From: the human T2T-CHM13v2.0 reference genome, Homo sapiens
Assembly: GCF_009914755.1 (NCBI RefSeq)
Contig: NC_060938.1
Strand: one strand, 5' to 3'
Length of the DNA: 64,000 bases
Shown piece by piece: positions 44,841 through 59,192 of the stretch. Within the stretch, counting starts at the first letter, position 1, and each line of letters starts with the position of its first letter. The notes beneath the pieces are model-generated. The model was given only the letters and a program-made list of their open reading frames with translations. It was not told the DNA's origin and did not search any database. The translations under genes were made by a program, and so were the position numbers.

Positions 44841-47800
44841 CTTCAAAGCGGCCTCACCCCACTTCACTCCACTTGCTGTCCACTCCGCCAAGCCCTGGCT
44901 GACCCCTGCCATCTGCTTCTGCTTCACACCTTTTCTCAACCTGTCAAAGGGACTGGAGGCGGACCCGAGCCTCCTGCTAATATTCTCCAGCACACATTTG
45001 TTCCCTAGCAATACTTCCCATCCTGGCCTTATCAGCTCCCCTCCACGCAACCTTCTTGGCTCCCTTCCATGTTCTTCTCTCTCCTGAAAGCCCTTGTTCC
45101 CTTCTTACTTTCCAACCTCACACTTGCCCTCAAAAGCCCAGGCTGACGTTATCAGAGGGCAACCAGATGTCAGTGTTTGCACAGCCTGTCCCTGTCCTGG
45201 TGATTTTGTCCTTGGCCTGGGAATGACTGTCCAGGGATGCTGGTTCTCTGCTCCTCTGTCCACCATGAGCCATGCTTCTCTCCTCTCCCCACCCCAGAAC
45301 ATGGAATAACTGCTTTGGAAAAAGTTGCTCTATGTTTCTTTAATTCATTTTGCATACTGGGAGCTAAAGGCTTTTTAACATAGCACACGAATAAATGTAA
45401 ATTTATACACTTATGCAAAAATAATACAAAAATATGCCTTTAGATTTTCTGGAAAAAGTCTGGTCAGTCTATGAATTCCTCCCCTTGTCAACAACATTAC
45501 TTGGCAACTCCTTATCCCTCTAGCATGCTGCTCCCGTAATACCTGCCCATCCTCAGCAATCTCTGCCTCCCTTGTCTTGTGCTAACTCATTATTGCTAAT
45601 AAACACATGATTTCTCTGCTCCCTTCTCACTACACATGAATTTAGACACATACATGAAGGCTAAAGCTATTAGAAGATCGTCCGTTTCCTCTGGGGTTGA
45701 ATTTACATTTCTCTTGTCAAGTCTGACCTCTGATTTACTGTTCATGAATACTAAAGTCACTCTTGCTTTTTAACAATACTAACAGGTTTGCATTTCTGCT
45801 TAAGCCATAGCCCTCCTGCAAGCTGCTGATCTGGCACCTGCTGCCACTTACAACTCCTGGCATAACTGTTCTCTGCCGTCACATCAGCCACCTGACCACC
45901 ACCTGTGACACAGACAATGAGGCTTCCTTCTCCCTAACAGCCCCCACTGACTGCTTGTCCCCTGGCTCCTTGCCTTCCTCTCTGAGCATCAGGGCTGCTG
46001 CAAGCACACTTTCTACCCTCTCCCATGATCCACGACCTGTCTCCCAGTTGGCTCCTTCCCTTGGAGCCTCCGTAGTTGGCTCTTTGATGCTCCCTAGGGC
46101 TCTGTTCTTTAAACTCCTTCTAGTCTTGACCTTCTGACCCTGGCCTCCCTGGCCTCCCCCTCGCCGCTCTCCCTGTGTGCCAGGCAACTGTCAACGCTCA
46201 GCTCTGTTTCCGCCACTCTCCGCCACACAGGTCGGGGCCCTGCCTCCTCCCTGGGGCTTGACCTGGTAAGACAGCCTCTCATCTCCCTGCTGACACCTTC
46301 CTCTTAACTCAGGGGCTTGCAAACCAATCCACCTTCCGTGAGGGTAGAGACAGAACCTTTTGTGACTTAGCAAGAGATGTCAGTTCTTGGGTTTAATCTG
46401 TCTGCATGTTGTATTGGCGCGGTTATCCTCATTTATATAGCTGAGGAAAATGAGGCACCAAGAGGGTGAATAACCTGTCCAAGGCCCCACAGCGAATGGG
46501 GCCAGAGCTGTGATTCTAACCCAGGCCAGCCTGGCTCCAGGGCCTCCTCCTGGGCCTCTAGGGTATACGTGAAGACCCCCTTCCTCCCTTCCTCCATCGA
46601 AGGGCACAGAAACACAGCTTCCCTGTGTAGCTTGTAGGGAAGAGGACAGAGAGGGAGTGTGATGTCTCAGGGCTGAAGAGCCTGTGGGGTCCATGGGCTG
46701 CCCCTCCACAGGCACCAGAGGGTCCTGCAGCACCAGTGGGAGGGGGGCCTGCCCTTGGCTGCATGGGGCTCCCCCTGGCTGTGGGCTGGGCTCCTGGGGA
46801 CAGGCTGGGGAGAACACAGGCCAGGTGCATCATTTAGAAAATCACCAAGAAGGCGTGCTCAAGCTACCTTCGGGAGCCACACTGATCAGTCACTGGGCAA
46901 AGTTTCTGACTGCGAGACTCTAAACTCCTCAAATCTGTAGTCTCGCTCTTCTCATCCTGCCTCCAATCTGGATGGTTTTTCAATATCTCAGGATCCACGG
47001 AGAGAGGTTTTAATAGTTTATTATGATGACCCCTCTCTACTGGCAAGATCTCCAAAGCAGCTCATGTCTCTGAGCCTAGTAAGGCTCAGTCATTGCCGAT
47101 GGACCCAGCAGGCGGGGCTCACCATGGCCCTAGTCTCACTCACCAGCTCCCTCGTGCTGGGTCAACTGCTTGCTCCTTTCAGAAAGGAAAGTGCCTGGCA
47201 TGTGTCAGGCATCTCAGGTGTCTTGAAAAGCTCCAAAGGTGAAACAGAAAACTCTCCCGGTGCGATTTTCCTATTTGATCTTTTGTCTCATGTGTTCCCC
47301 TTGGGGATGAACAAGAAATACTTCCCTGAATAATTCATAGTCCCCGAGATGGAAACATGCAGCCTCTTTTTAATAAAAAGGCTGGGACATGGCGGGGATT
47401 GTACGTCTTCTAGATGCTCTCAGCAAAAGCACAGAGATCTGACAAGCTCTTTACAAATTCCTCTTCTAATAGTGAGAAAAAAATTAAAAGCCATGTAGTA
47501 TTTTTAATCAAACAGACTAACATTTGGATAATATGTAAAATTATTTATAAATCTGTTTGGGGCCACAGAAGACTCACAAAGGGAAGTTGGAAAAAATTAA
47601 GTAGCTGTAATTATGGTAAGGTTTGATTTCTTTTTAAAACTGAAAATGACTGTCTTCAGTTTCCTATTTCATGAGCACCTACTAGGTGCCAGGAACTCTG
47701 CTAAGATTATTATGTAAATCATTTCATTCTTTCTCACAACATCCCACTGGGGTAGGAGCCCAATTCACCTAAACACAACAAGGTGCCTAAAGGTTAAGTG

Positions 47801-49257
47801 ACAAGTCCGAGCTTCCCCAGGAGTCAGGACCAGGGCTTAGTTCGAGTGCAGATGTAACTTGTAAGCAGACACTCTTTCCATGGGGCCTAATTCCCAGTGC
47901 ATCAGCATTCTTCTGCTGGAAACCAGCAGTTAGTGCCCAGCCCCTTTCTACATTTTGCAACATTACTATGAGAAATGGCAAGATAATGAAGGCTTTGGGA
48001 TGCTTTGGGGAACATTTTACTTATTAGTTACAAAACCACATCCTATTAGTCTTGGACAGACACAGCCTGTCTAGTCAAATGCCTTCATTTTGCAGAAAGG
48101 ACACTGAGGTGCTGAGAGCTTAGGGGCCTTTCCTGAGGTTAAAGAGCAAGCAGCTGATGTCGCTGGGACCAGAACTGTGTCCTCAGACTCCCTGTCCAGT
48201 GCTCACTCTTCCATATCACACACCACCATCTGGTTATGGGTGCTAAGCCTCCACGGGTGCGGACACGAAGGGCCCTGAGCTTTATAATAAAAGGCTCTTC
48301 TTTCCTGCGGTTCATGACATCAGCGATGTCTACTGCTAAAAATGAAACAACAATTCAGAACCAAAGCCCAGCATGCAGGCCCAGGGAACGTGGCACGGCT
48401 TTTCACAAGCTCCTCAGACCCTGGTAACTTGTGAGTTTCAATTCAGACCCTCGCAGGAAGATGACAGAGGACTGCCGAGGCAGCTGCACTAACACACGTT
48501 CATAACGGACAGAACCCTCCTGAGCGAGCAGTGTCCCCACCTAACTGAAACCGACACGGCCAGGTGGCCGGCTCCAGGGTCTCTCAAGAATGATCCATGG
48601 CAAGGGGTGGGAGCAGCAGGGCAACCCCAGGCTTTTGGCCCAGGCTGTAGACGAAGGATGTGCACTCGTTGAGCGCCGCCACACCCCTGTGCAGTGTGGA
48701 CACTAGGGTGACTCATCTGCCTCCCACCTCTCAGGGCAACATGGCCAGACACCCCCGCTGGTAGGATGCTCCCTCCCAGCCAATGGCCTCAGAGACATGC
48801 TGGAGTCTCAGGCTCCCTTAAGGCAAGAGAGTCTCCCAGTTTGTAAAGTGTTCTGACTGTCATCCTGAAGTCTCCCCGGGATGTGGAAACCCCCGAAGGT
48901 GGCTACTGCAAGCAGCACAGAGGCTGAGATGACAGTGACAATGCCCCACGGCCACAAGAATGTCTTTATCAAACCCAGAGCCACAGGGTGGCTTAGACTG
49001 CTGGCCAGGAGACCACAGCACCTAACAGGATGTCGGGTAGGGCTGCTGAGGCTATACACAGCCAACTCTGGGGGTGCCATTTGCATAAACTATGGTAGAA
49101 ACGGTGCCCTCTGGCTTCAGGCCATGTGACAGCCTGGCAAGCTAACTGCATGGGGCCTTTGGAAGCAGAAGAGGGTGTGAGGGTCATGTGCTACCTGCCG
49201 CTTCCAAGGGCTGTCCCCATGCCAGAGTAGGGGCCACCGCCGGGCTCGTGGACTCAC

Positions 49258-49460
49258 CAGTCGCTGCATGCTCTTCACGTGGGTGGGGCTGATGGCTAAG
49301 GCCTCTTCATACCACCGCCGCGCCTCGTCCATGCTTCCCCGGAGCTCAGCAATCTGGCCGCGCATGTAGAGGACATTGTGGGACATTGGGAAGAGGTTGG
49401 CAGCTTCTTGGGTACAGGCTGTGGCTTCTGCAGGCTTCCCGATGCCGATATAGACTTCAG
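49258..49460 (-). CDS. TTC7B: TTC7B penultimate coding exon (probably exon 19), TPR helices
   Basis: Minus strand: acceptor ctcctcacag|CT GAA GTC (AG = plus 49461-49462), donor CGA CTG|gtgagt (GT = plus 49256-49257). 203 nt, phase 1 in and phase 0 out. Encodes (A)EVYIGIGKPAEATACTQEAANLFPMSHNVLYMRGQIAELRGSMDEARRWYEEALAISPTHVKSMQRL, a TPR-like peptide I recognise as the TTC7B C-terminal region. Embedded in ORF 49117..49923. Confidence 0.96.
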
Positions 49461-50667
49461 CTGTGAGGAGACAGCAACGGCACATGCTTTCCTGGTGCCC
49501 CTCTGAGGCCCTGCGAGCAGCCACCACTCTGATGTTCGTGTTCCCTGCACGGGAGTCTGGCGGGGCGCAGAGCCAGCTGATCCCTGCTCCAAGTGGAAAC
49601 AGCTGCCGCTGACAGTCCCTCCTGCCCACTCCTATATGGGGACTGGAGTCACTCGTGTTGTGGGCCTTGCAGGGCAGGCATAGGTCACCACCAGGCAGGG
49701 AGCAGTGAGGCCTGCCTGGTCCCTGCCCCAACCTCTGAGGGCACCCACCCTCAGGGCCCACCCGGGGCTCCTCAGTGTCTGGACAGAGGCTGGCCCGGTC
49801 CAACCCTTGGCTCTGACCCCCATAGAAAAAGGGCCAGAATGAACAAGGGCACAAGCAGACCAGAGGCACCCAGACCCTCAGAGGGCAACGGCTCTGCCCT
49901 CTGACCCACTCTCCTGATGCCAAGAAGTATGATGGGGCTGCAGGCTGCAGCTATCATGTTCACAGGCGTGATGCAAGATGGCTGCCCCGCCACACCTGGC
50001 CCCTGAGCTCACCTCTGACCAGGGGAAGTTGATGCACCCTGTAAACTCTTATCTGTGTCACAGTGACAAAGCCCTTTGACAAGCCAAGCTATCGCTTTTA
50101 AAACAAGCAGGAAAATGACCCTGCTACCGATCCAGGCCTCAACTCTCTCACCTCCATGTGGAGCCAAACCCCTCTGCAGCCCTGGCCTCCCTGAAGAGCC
50201 CTTTTGAGTGTTTCCAAGGGCGGCCTCCCTGCCTCCCAGGTGCACACTTGTCGAATATCCAGGGGGAACGTGTCAACTGGCCCCGAGGGCCTCTTCTCCT
50301 GAGGCCTTGCCAATTGAGGCACCACCATCTTTCTAGTCAGCTGGGCCTGAGGCTTCAGGGACATCTGAATCACCCCCCACCCCTCTCCAGGGCCAGCAGG
50401 GCCACATGGTCAAGTCTGCAGCCCAGAGCCTCACGCAGAGGCCGCCCGCTCTGTCGGGGCTCATGGACCCCTTCTCCCACCTGCAGGCCAGACCCTTCCT
50501 CAGCACTCTTGCCTTGACCACTGGCGTATCCTGCAGTAAAAGAGGTTTGCACCCCTATCTCCCAGTTATGTGTATGTTTGTATGAATTAATATCTTACAT
50601 GTCATATGATCCACAACAGCACACAAAATAGAAAGTTAAAAGAACAAAAATAAAAAAAGAAAGTTTA

Positions 50668-50991
50668 GGCAAGTTGCGGTGGCTTGTGCCTGTAATCCTA
50701 GTACTTTGGGAGGCCGAGGCGGGCGGATAGCTTGAGGTCAGGAGTTCGAAACCAGCCTGGCCAACATGGGGAAACCCCGTCTCTACCAAAAATACAAAAA
50801 ATTAGCCGGGCGTGGTGTTGCACACCTGTAATCCCAACTACTAGGGAGGCTGAGGCAAGAGAATCACTTGAACCTGGGAGGTGGAGGTTGCAGTGAGCCA
50901 AGATCATGCCAGCCTGGGTGACAGAGTGAGACTCCGTCTGAAAAACAAAACAAAACAAAAAACACCAAACAACAACAACAACGAAAAAAAC
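50668..50991 (+). mobile_element. AluS (Sx/Sz-like)
   Basis: Alu dimer with CAA-containing tail; TSD aagaaagttt. Confidence 0.93.
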
Positions 50992-51399
50992 AAGAAAGTT
51001 TTACTATTTTCTTTGTGCACCTTACCCTGTCATCCCCTGGAGCCCACTTTGGAAACTGCCTCAATTATGCAGAGACTCCCCTCCCTGCCTCCTGCCCTGG
51101 CCATGAGCCTGTCCTCCACAGCTGCTGCCAGGTTAACCCTGAGGCCAACCTCTGGGGCGGCAGCCACCTGCTCCGAAGCCCTCCTTCTTCCCTGGGGCCT
51201 GTGGCTTCCGCGCCTGCCCAACAGGCAGCCAGGCCGAGGCCCTGTGCTCTGATTTTCTGCACCCACCGGAATATGGGCTGTAAGCGACATGAGGGCAGGG
51301 ATGGTGTCTGTGCTGCTCCCTGCTGCGTCCCCAGGGACTAGAACAGTGCCTGGCACATAGTCAGAGCTCACTGAATCGCTGAATGGATGAAAGGTAACT

Positions 51400-51630
51400 A
51401 ACAACAGCAGTAGCTGACACTTATTAAACATGTGCTTTGTACCTAGAGGCCTTCTCAGTTCTCATTTTATCTACATGGTGATCCAGTAGGTACTATTATT
51501 TTATCCCCATTGTCCAAATGAGGAAACTGAGGTGCAGAAAGCGTGAACACCCTGCCCAAGTTCTCAGGGCAAACTGGAGGCAGAGCTGGGATTAGAACCC
51601 CAGCCACCTGGCTGGGAGCCTGTGCTTGCA
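51400..51630 (-). mobile_element. MIR
   Basis: tactattattttatccccattgtccaaatgaggaaactgagg...ctgcccaag...gggattagaaccc. Confidence 0.75.
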
Positions 51631-54600
51631 GCCCCCACAGAGAACAGCATCTCCTCTGGCCCAGGGTGATATCCGACTCCTCTGCAGCCCTCGGGAGCTT
51701 GGCACACTGCCCTTATCTGCTTCCTACCGCCTCCCGGAACCCCCGGGCTCTGGCCTTGCTAGTGCTGCTTCTGCACACACAGTGGGTGTCCCTGTCTCCA
51801 CACTTGTGTCAATTCTATGGCCTGTGCCTGTAAAGCCATCACTGCAGCCTCCTTCAGGGCCCAGATGGATCCCGCCATCCCAGGGAGCTCTCTGACCACC
51901 CGCCTCAGCTGAAAGGAAAGCCCAGCCTCTGCAGCTCCTGATAGCCAGGTCCCTGTAAGTATTTTTGTGAGGTCTTGGGTATGCCAGGGATAGCCCTGGC
52001 AGGCGCTGGGGCAGATCCATCTTTCTGGCTCCCAGCTTCAGGCCTGGGGGCGGGGAAATGGCTGGTGTGTATCTCATGGCTGTGGTTAGTGGCGATGCTG
52101 CTGACCTTTGACCTCAATCAGCCTGGCCGGTCCCTCCCTCGAACATCTCACTTTCCTGGTGATATTTGTACCAACGACTGACTCCCCAGGCCTTCTCTCC
52201 CCAAGAGAAGGCCCTGGAAGAAGCGGGCCTCGCCTGGCCCAGATGCACACAGTGCCTTCTGTCTGTACTTGTGCCTGCCAGTCCCTCCTCGCTAGAGATA
52301 ACGGGGCCCAGGGGCTTGTGGAGGGGCATACTGGGTGACTCCTGCAGACACAGAAACTCGAGCAATTCCAGCACCATGCACTGAGCCCTGAAGGTGACCG
52401 CCCAGCCATGCCTGCCTCCTGGTCTCAGAAGACTCAACTCAGAAGGTAACTCCTGAACTTCTATACTCACAGGGGACTCTATAGGGACAAAGAAGACATT
52501 TCTCTGTCCTTTAGTTTGGACCAGGCAAAACCTCTCCCTTCTGGGAGACAAACACCCTCCTAATGACACCATCGGGCTGTCTGATGCCTTTCAGTAACAC
52601 AATTCCCTCAACGCCCTCACCAAAGAGTCAAATGTGTGCCCACTGAGGTTTTGGTTCTCGAGTGCAGTGGCAACACAGGGGAGCAGGACAGAGCGTCCCT
52701 CTCATTGCACGCCTGGCTCCTGCCTCACTGCCAAGCTGGGAGTGAGTTCACTTCCAAGATCCCAGTCCTGGAGATGCTGTGGGCTGGTGAGGCCGCCCAG
52801 CCTCTCCCAGTTAGAGCATTATGAACAAAGGCTGACATAGGAGAGCAGGGATGAACATGTCCAGAACAAGAATCAATGTGGAGAAAGCCATAAATGCCAA
52901 TAAGACTGTGTGCATGTCATTCCTGCTCTCCAGGGGTCCTCCATGAGACCAAATGTGATTCCAAGTATCTCACTGGTCGCCAAGCCTGCCTAAGCCTCAG
53001 GCCTGATGTTCTCGCTCCCTTCACGTGATGGGGAAATGGGAGACACAGACGGAACGAAGTCAGGATCATGACGGTAAGGGAAAGAATCCAGCCCCCATGG
53101 CACTTTTCAGTGCTGTGGAAGTTGCTGGAGGAAACCTATGGCTCTGATAAGGCCTGTGACCCTGACAGATGTGACAGCAAAATGCACGGCCTAGGGTTAC
53201 TCCCAAATCCCTCCGTTTTCAGCTCAAAAGGAAAGACTGAAGGCATGATGTCCTGCAGTGATTTTCAAACCATTTTTGCCAGTGAAGGCTGTTTCTTCCA
53301 AAGGGATCTTACCCCAGGATACAAAAGACTCCTGAGAGTGGGCAGTGTGGCTCCCTCTTGTTTGCCCCCCTCTCTCTGCCTCTGAGGCGCCACTGGGAAC
53401 ACTAGGGTTTCCAATTTGCAAGCCACAGTGTCATGAGAACATGGAGAACTTGGTTCTTGGCCCTGCGCCTCATGTGTGGCCTTGGGCAAGTCAATCACCT
53501 TCTCTGGGCCTGTCCACCTGTCAGGTGGGGGGCCTGTGCCTAGCCCATAGCTCTCCCAGGGCAGTGGCAGGCATCAGACAACACAGGAGTGGCAGGGATC
53601 AAGACAAGGCCGTGCCAAGGGATCAACCCTAGGCTGAGCATTTTCCTGCCACATCCATCAGGAGCACAGGCCTTATACCAGTGCCACAGGTTTCCTCCAG
53701 CAACTTCCATTCACCAGAAAGCCTGGAGCCCAAAGCGAGTCACAAATGGTGAGGGTAAGTAACTCTCAGTCAAGCCTAAGCTCTCTTGGAGACCGCAGGG
53801 TGAGGAAGCTGAGGTGCAAAGAGACAACTGGACTCATTTGAGCCCCGCAGCTCTATTTTGCCAGGTCAGAGTATTTGGGGGATCCAGGTCTAGCCTTTCC
53901 ATTTCACCATGGCCCCTTAAGACAATGACTCTGAATAGCCATTCCCTCTCTAAGAGGAAATTACACTTGCATGGGGCACAACGTCTTAGGCTCCAGGAAT
54001 GAAGCTTTAGTGGTGGGGTTTCAGACACCAATCAGGTAGTTTGAGATGGAGTTGGAGATAAAAAGGAAAGGATTTCTAAGGTCTCCCACCACCCGTGAGA
54101 TCACCCCAGGATGTAGCCTTCTTTGCCTAGGCATGTGGCTGGGCCTCTAGGACAGAACGAGGCCACAAGTATTGATTATGAACCTGCACTACTTGAAAAG
54201 CCTTCTTTCCTGGGAGTCCATAGCCCAAATAAGGACCACATATTCCACCCAACCTCCCCAGTAGCAGAGGTGGGGATTTGATCTCCATCTGCCTCCCTCA
54301 TCTTCACTGGTTGGGAACTCAGGAAGAAAAGAATATCATTTATACTTTCCCAAAGCCCCTCACATAGAAACAGTATGGCTTTCTCGCTAAACTGTAGACA
54401 ACTCCTAGCCACAGTCATTTCTGTATCCCTCAGCAGAGGATCTACAGGCTGGTCCCCTAGGACACAACTTAGTAGGTGCTCAAGAAAAGTCTGCAGATTA
54501 CTGAATGCTGGGTGTGGGTCAGAGCAGGGCAGCCATTTCTGTGGCACAGATCAACAAGGACAGGTGAAGGCCAGGGAAGCAACAGCAAATGAAATCTCCC

Positions 54601-57278
54601 TTTCCTTTCACCAAGGAGTGAATTCAATTTAAAAAAATAAAGGGCCTTGTAAGCTTATTAAGAGATACAAGAACTGGTACCAAAGGAACAGCAGCACAGT
54701 GAAATGGGCTCTGGGAACTCAACGCCATCAGCTGCCAACAAGAACACACTTCAGCGCAAGGTCAGTGCTCCAGCTGCAGGGCAGGGTCTGGAAGGTCACT
54801 CTCTGAAGAGGTTCCAGGGACAGATATTCTGTCCTGGCCGCTGGTGGCTGACTGCCTCTCACCAAAGGCAAGGGGCGTGGATACTTCCTACCTTATTTTG
54901 AGAGCTCCATAAGCTCTGAATGTTCTCTTAGGAACCCTTGGTTTGTCCCTGCTATTGGGTTACTATGAAAAATGTGGATAAAATCTCCCCACCGTGTACA
55001 AAGCTTATTTGGCATGAACATAACCCAAATGCTTTTGCTTGGCATTTAAAATTCAAAATCAGGGCCCTGCCGCCTTTCCAACCTCCTCTTTTGCCTCAAA
55101 TGCCTTTCAGCTTCACTCTGCCCAGGACCCCCCAGAAACCCAGGGCAAGCACTTTTCACCTTTCCATTCTTCCTCCACCCTGCGTGTGCTCTGGGACACC
55201 CCTCGACCTCATCTGCCCTGTCACAGTGAGCCGCAAGTGTGCCAACCCTCCTGCAGGGCTGGGTCAAGCCTGTTCCTTCCTCGCACCCTAACTCTGCCTT
55301 GCGCACAGAGGGCTTCCTGGAATGGTTTGTTGAACCAGACTGGAGACGTGATCCTAAAAGGGCAAGCTACTCTGTGAAGGTTTCTCTCTCAAGGTGAAGT
55401 GGTGTTCCTGGCTGGGGGACCTGGTGCTAGATGCACCCAGAACCTCACGCAGGTCTAGTTTCCTCGTTCATTCATTCATTCATTCATCAAATGCTTGTCA
55501 AGCCCCTGCTTCATGTCAGCTGCAAGGGGCTTGCCCTGGGCTTGGCTGTGCGGGGTGTGCACAGGCACTGGGCTGAGGAGGCTGACAACCAGCCTGGGCC
55601 CCACTGCAGGCTGTGTGCCTGGACAGGGCTGCACCAGCCTGGAGGAATGCAAGGAAGCCCTTTCCTTCTCACAAAGTTGTCCTCCACTAGCCAAGGCTGC
55701 TCTCTCTGGGGGCTTAGTCTATTCAGAAGGGACATCTTTCGGAAACGCACACAAAGGAGCAGTCTAGGCTGGAGGCAGCCCTCAGAACGGCCCCGAGATC
55801 TTCTACCTCACCTGCGCCTGGCAGAGAAACGTGACGGAAAGGACGCATGGCAGTAGGTACCTCCCGACCTCGCAGCTCAAGCCGGCAGCCTCCCTGACCC
55901 CTCCAAACCATGTCCTTTACCCCTGACCCTGCCTCCCTAAAGAGAGATGCTGTGGAGGGCAGAGGGGTCCCACCTGATCGCAGGGTGTCTGCTAGCACAG
56001 AGGGTGCTCCTGGAGCCCACCTTCTTTTTCACATAAAAATCAGCACAAGGGCCAAGCAGAAAGGGATCCTGTGTCCTGATGGGTCTCCTGTCACCCTTCC
56101 AAGCCCTCAAGGCCTAGAGAGGCCTTCAGCTCTGTCGGCTCTCACTGGACTTAGCCTTAATTCTTTCTTTGTCTGAGAAGGGTTAGCAAGTGGAAGGAGG
56201 CAGTGATTTTGTCTTCAAGTGCCGTCCTACCCTGAGCTTCCCTCGGCCAGGCCCCATGCTGGGATCTGAAGTCCCCAAATTGAGCACAGCCCAGGCTCTG
56301 GCCTCATTGAAGGCCCAGCCAAATGTCTTTGCCAGGGTCGGGCTGTGCAACTGCCATTAGTCTCTGAGTCTGCATCTGGCTGTGTCAGTTTGTCGAGAGG
56401 GATCCCTTCTCCAGGGGCTCCGTGGCACAGCAGGATGAGCTCCTCCTCCCCTAGCTGCAGCAGTGACAGGCGCTAGCCCTTCCTGGCCTCAGCCCCGCTG
56501 TTCTGACTCCTGACCCATCCCCTCCGCTGCCTTGACACATCATTCAGAGAGAAGTCAGAAGCCAGCCAAGTGGACCCCGAGCCTCTTCTGGCCACCAAAC
56601 CAACAACTCATCTGTGTCCTCTGTTCCATCCACTCTGTGTCTCTTCTGACTTCGTCACTGAGAGCCCTCTGCCTGTGCCCTGGACCCCACCACACTCTTG
56701 CTGGAGGAATTCATTTCACCTCCACACATCCCCCCTCTCTTTTGGATGCCGAGGGCCTCATTTTTACCTGATCATCCCTGTGGGCAATCAACGTGCTCCA
56801 ATGGGCTTCAGCCTCCTCAGTCCCTACGCAGCTCCGCACATCCAATCAACATGCTCCAACGGGTTTCAGCCCCCTTCAAGCCCCAGGCTCCCAATCACAT
56901 CCCTCATTGCTGCTCCAGAGGGATTCTTCTTGCAAGAACTGTGCACCTTCTGTGCCTTAACTTCCTCACTTGCCATTTGCTCTGCAACCCACACCAGATG
57001 GCATCCATCTCCACCACGCCACTAAATCCAGTCTCGTTACCAACACTCCCATACATCAGGTCCAGCAAATGCTTTTGTCGCTACATTCCCAACCTCTCAG
57101 CGGCACTGCCCACCGGCCACATCCTCCTTAAAAATCGTTATTTTAGTAGTTGTTATGTGTTTGCTGTTATGTGGTTGTCCTAACTCTCTTCATTTAATAG
57201 AAGACATAGAGGCTCAGTGGGAGTGGGAATAGCTTGCCCAGGTATTACTGCTAGTGTGTGGCGGGGCCAGGGTTGTAA

Positions 57279-57721
<443 letters not shown>

Positions 57722-57729
57722 GTTCCCCA

Positions 57730-58930
57730 AGCTTTAAATGTGGAGGGGCTCAGTCTCAGTCTGGCCCTTTCACTTCTCCACCTACATTCTCTTCTTAGGC
57801 CGTCTTAGCACCTATCTTAGGCCTTTAAAGGGGGCTTTAAATCCCAACTCTTAAAGGTATGTTTCCAGCCCAGTTCTGAAATGTAGACCGGAACATCCAG
57901 CCGCCTGCCTGGCATCCTGACTTCCTTGTCCTCAGGCACCCGACACTTCCAAGCTCAAGTGGGACTCTGAAGTCTCTGCCTCCCTGACTCCAACTCATCA
58001 GTTCTTCCCCAGGCTTCCTCATTGCAGCAAATGGTGTCACCAGTCACCCACAGACTCAAGCCCCACACTCAGGTTTCCTTCTGTATTCCTCCTTTTCCTT
58101 CACCCCTCAACATCCAACCTACAACAAGTCCCATCAGTTCTGCCTCAGAAGGCATCTCAGGGTCCCCTCCTCTTCATCTCCATTGAGACCACAGACCAAG
58201 CTGCTGTCCTCTACCACCTGGACCAATGCTCCCAATTTCCTGCTCTGCCGGCGTCCACTTTGACTGCCTTCCATCCATTCTCCACATTTAGCTGGAGTGA
58301 TTTTTTTTCCGGAGAGGGGTCTTGCTATGTTGCCCAGGCCGGACTCAGGCAATCCTCCCACCTCAGCCTCCTGAGTAGTGCCCAGCTTGGAGTGATCTTT
58401 TGAAAGTGGTCCTTTCATGCTCCTGCTTCAAGTCCCTCAGTAGCTTTCCAATGATTTTAGGATTAACTAAAATATCTTAACATGGCTGCCAGGGGTGCTG
58501 GCATGACTTGAGCCTGGGCCCTTCTCCTGGCTCCCCTTGGCTGCTTTACTGCTTACTCCTCAGGGTTCATGCCCCAGGGGCCAGTATTCCTCTAACACTC
58601 AGAGCTCAGGCTGCCCCCAGGTCTTCCCACATGCTGTTCTATGCCTCCATCGTCCCTGACCTGGTGCTAGTCACTGCTGAGGTCACTGCCCAAGTGTGTG
58701 CAGGCCCCCTCTGGCTCCCCTGGTTGGGGGAGGCCTTGTGTTATGAGGGGTCGCAGGGGCCTACAGTGCTCCCCCCAGCACTTGGCACAGGGAGTTAAGT
58801 GCTTCTGTCATTGTTCTGTTCCACATCTGCAAATGCCATGAAGGCCAGGAGCTGTGTCTGTCTTCATAACCATAGGACTCCAGTGCCTCGCTCCACTGTG
58901 GCAGGTGGAGATGCTGGACGATACTGTGTT
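57730..58930 (+). mobile_element. L2 fragments with a short Alu-derived piece at ~58300-58380
   Basis: L2-type pyrimidine-rich motifs (aatggtgtcacc, catccaacc...aagtccc, ccattctccaca). Confidence 0.55.
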
Positions 58931-58949
58931 GACAACTGAGTGCCTACTG

Positions 58950-59192
58950 TGGGTTGGAGCTAGGGTTCTGGGGCCACACTGCTTGGGTTTAGATTGTGGC
59001 TTTCTAACTCTTTAGCCACGTAACCTTCGGCAAGTGACCTGATAGCTGTGTCTCAGTTTCTTCACCTATGGAATGGGGTGAATACGGGTATTTATACCTC
59101 ATAAGGTTATTATGAGGACTGAACAAATTAAGACATATTAAAGTCCTTGGAATAGCATCTGACACATCTACAGTGTGTGGTAAACGTTAGCT
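58950..59192 (+). mobile_element. MIR
   Basis: ggcaagtgacct...tctcagtttcttcacctat...acctcataaggttattatgagga. Confidence 0.75.

Noticed and set aside
44352-45087. Repetitive 169-239 aa ORFs in all three plus frames
   Set aside because: Produced by the stop-free 17/18-bp VNTR.
49117-49923. 268-aa ORF as a standalone gene
   Set aside because: Only 49258-49460 is bounded by canonical splice sites and TPR-like; the rest is intron read in frame.
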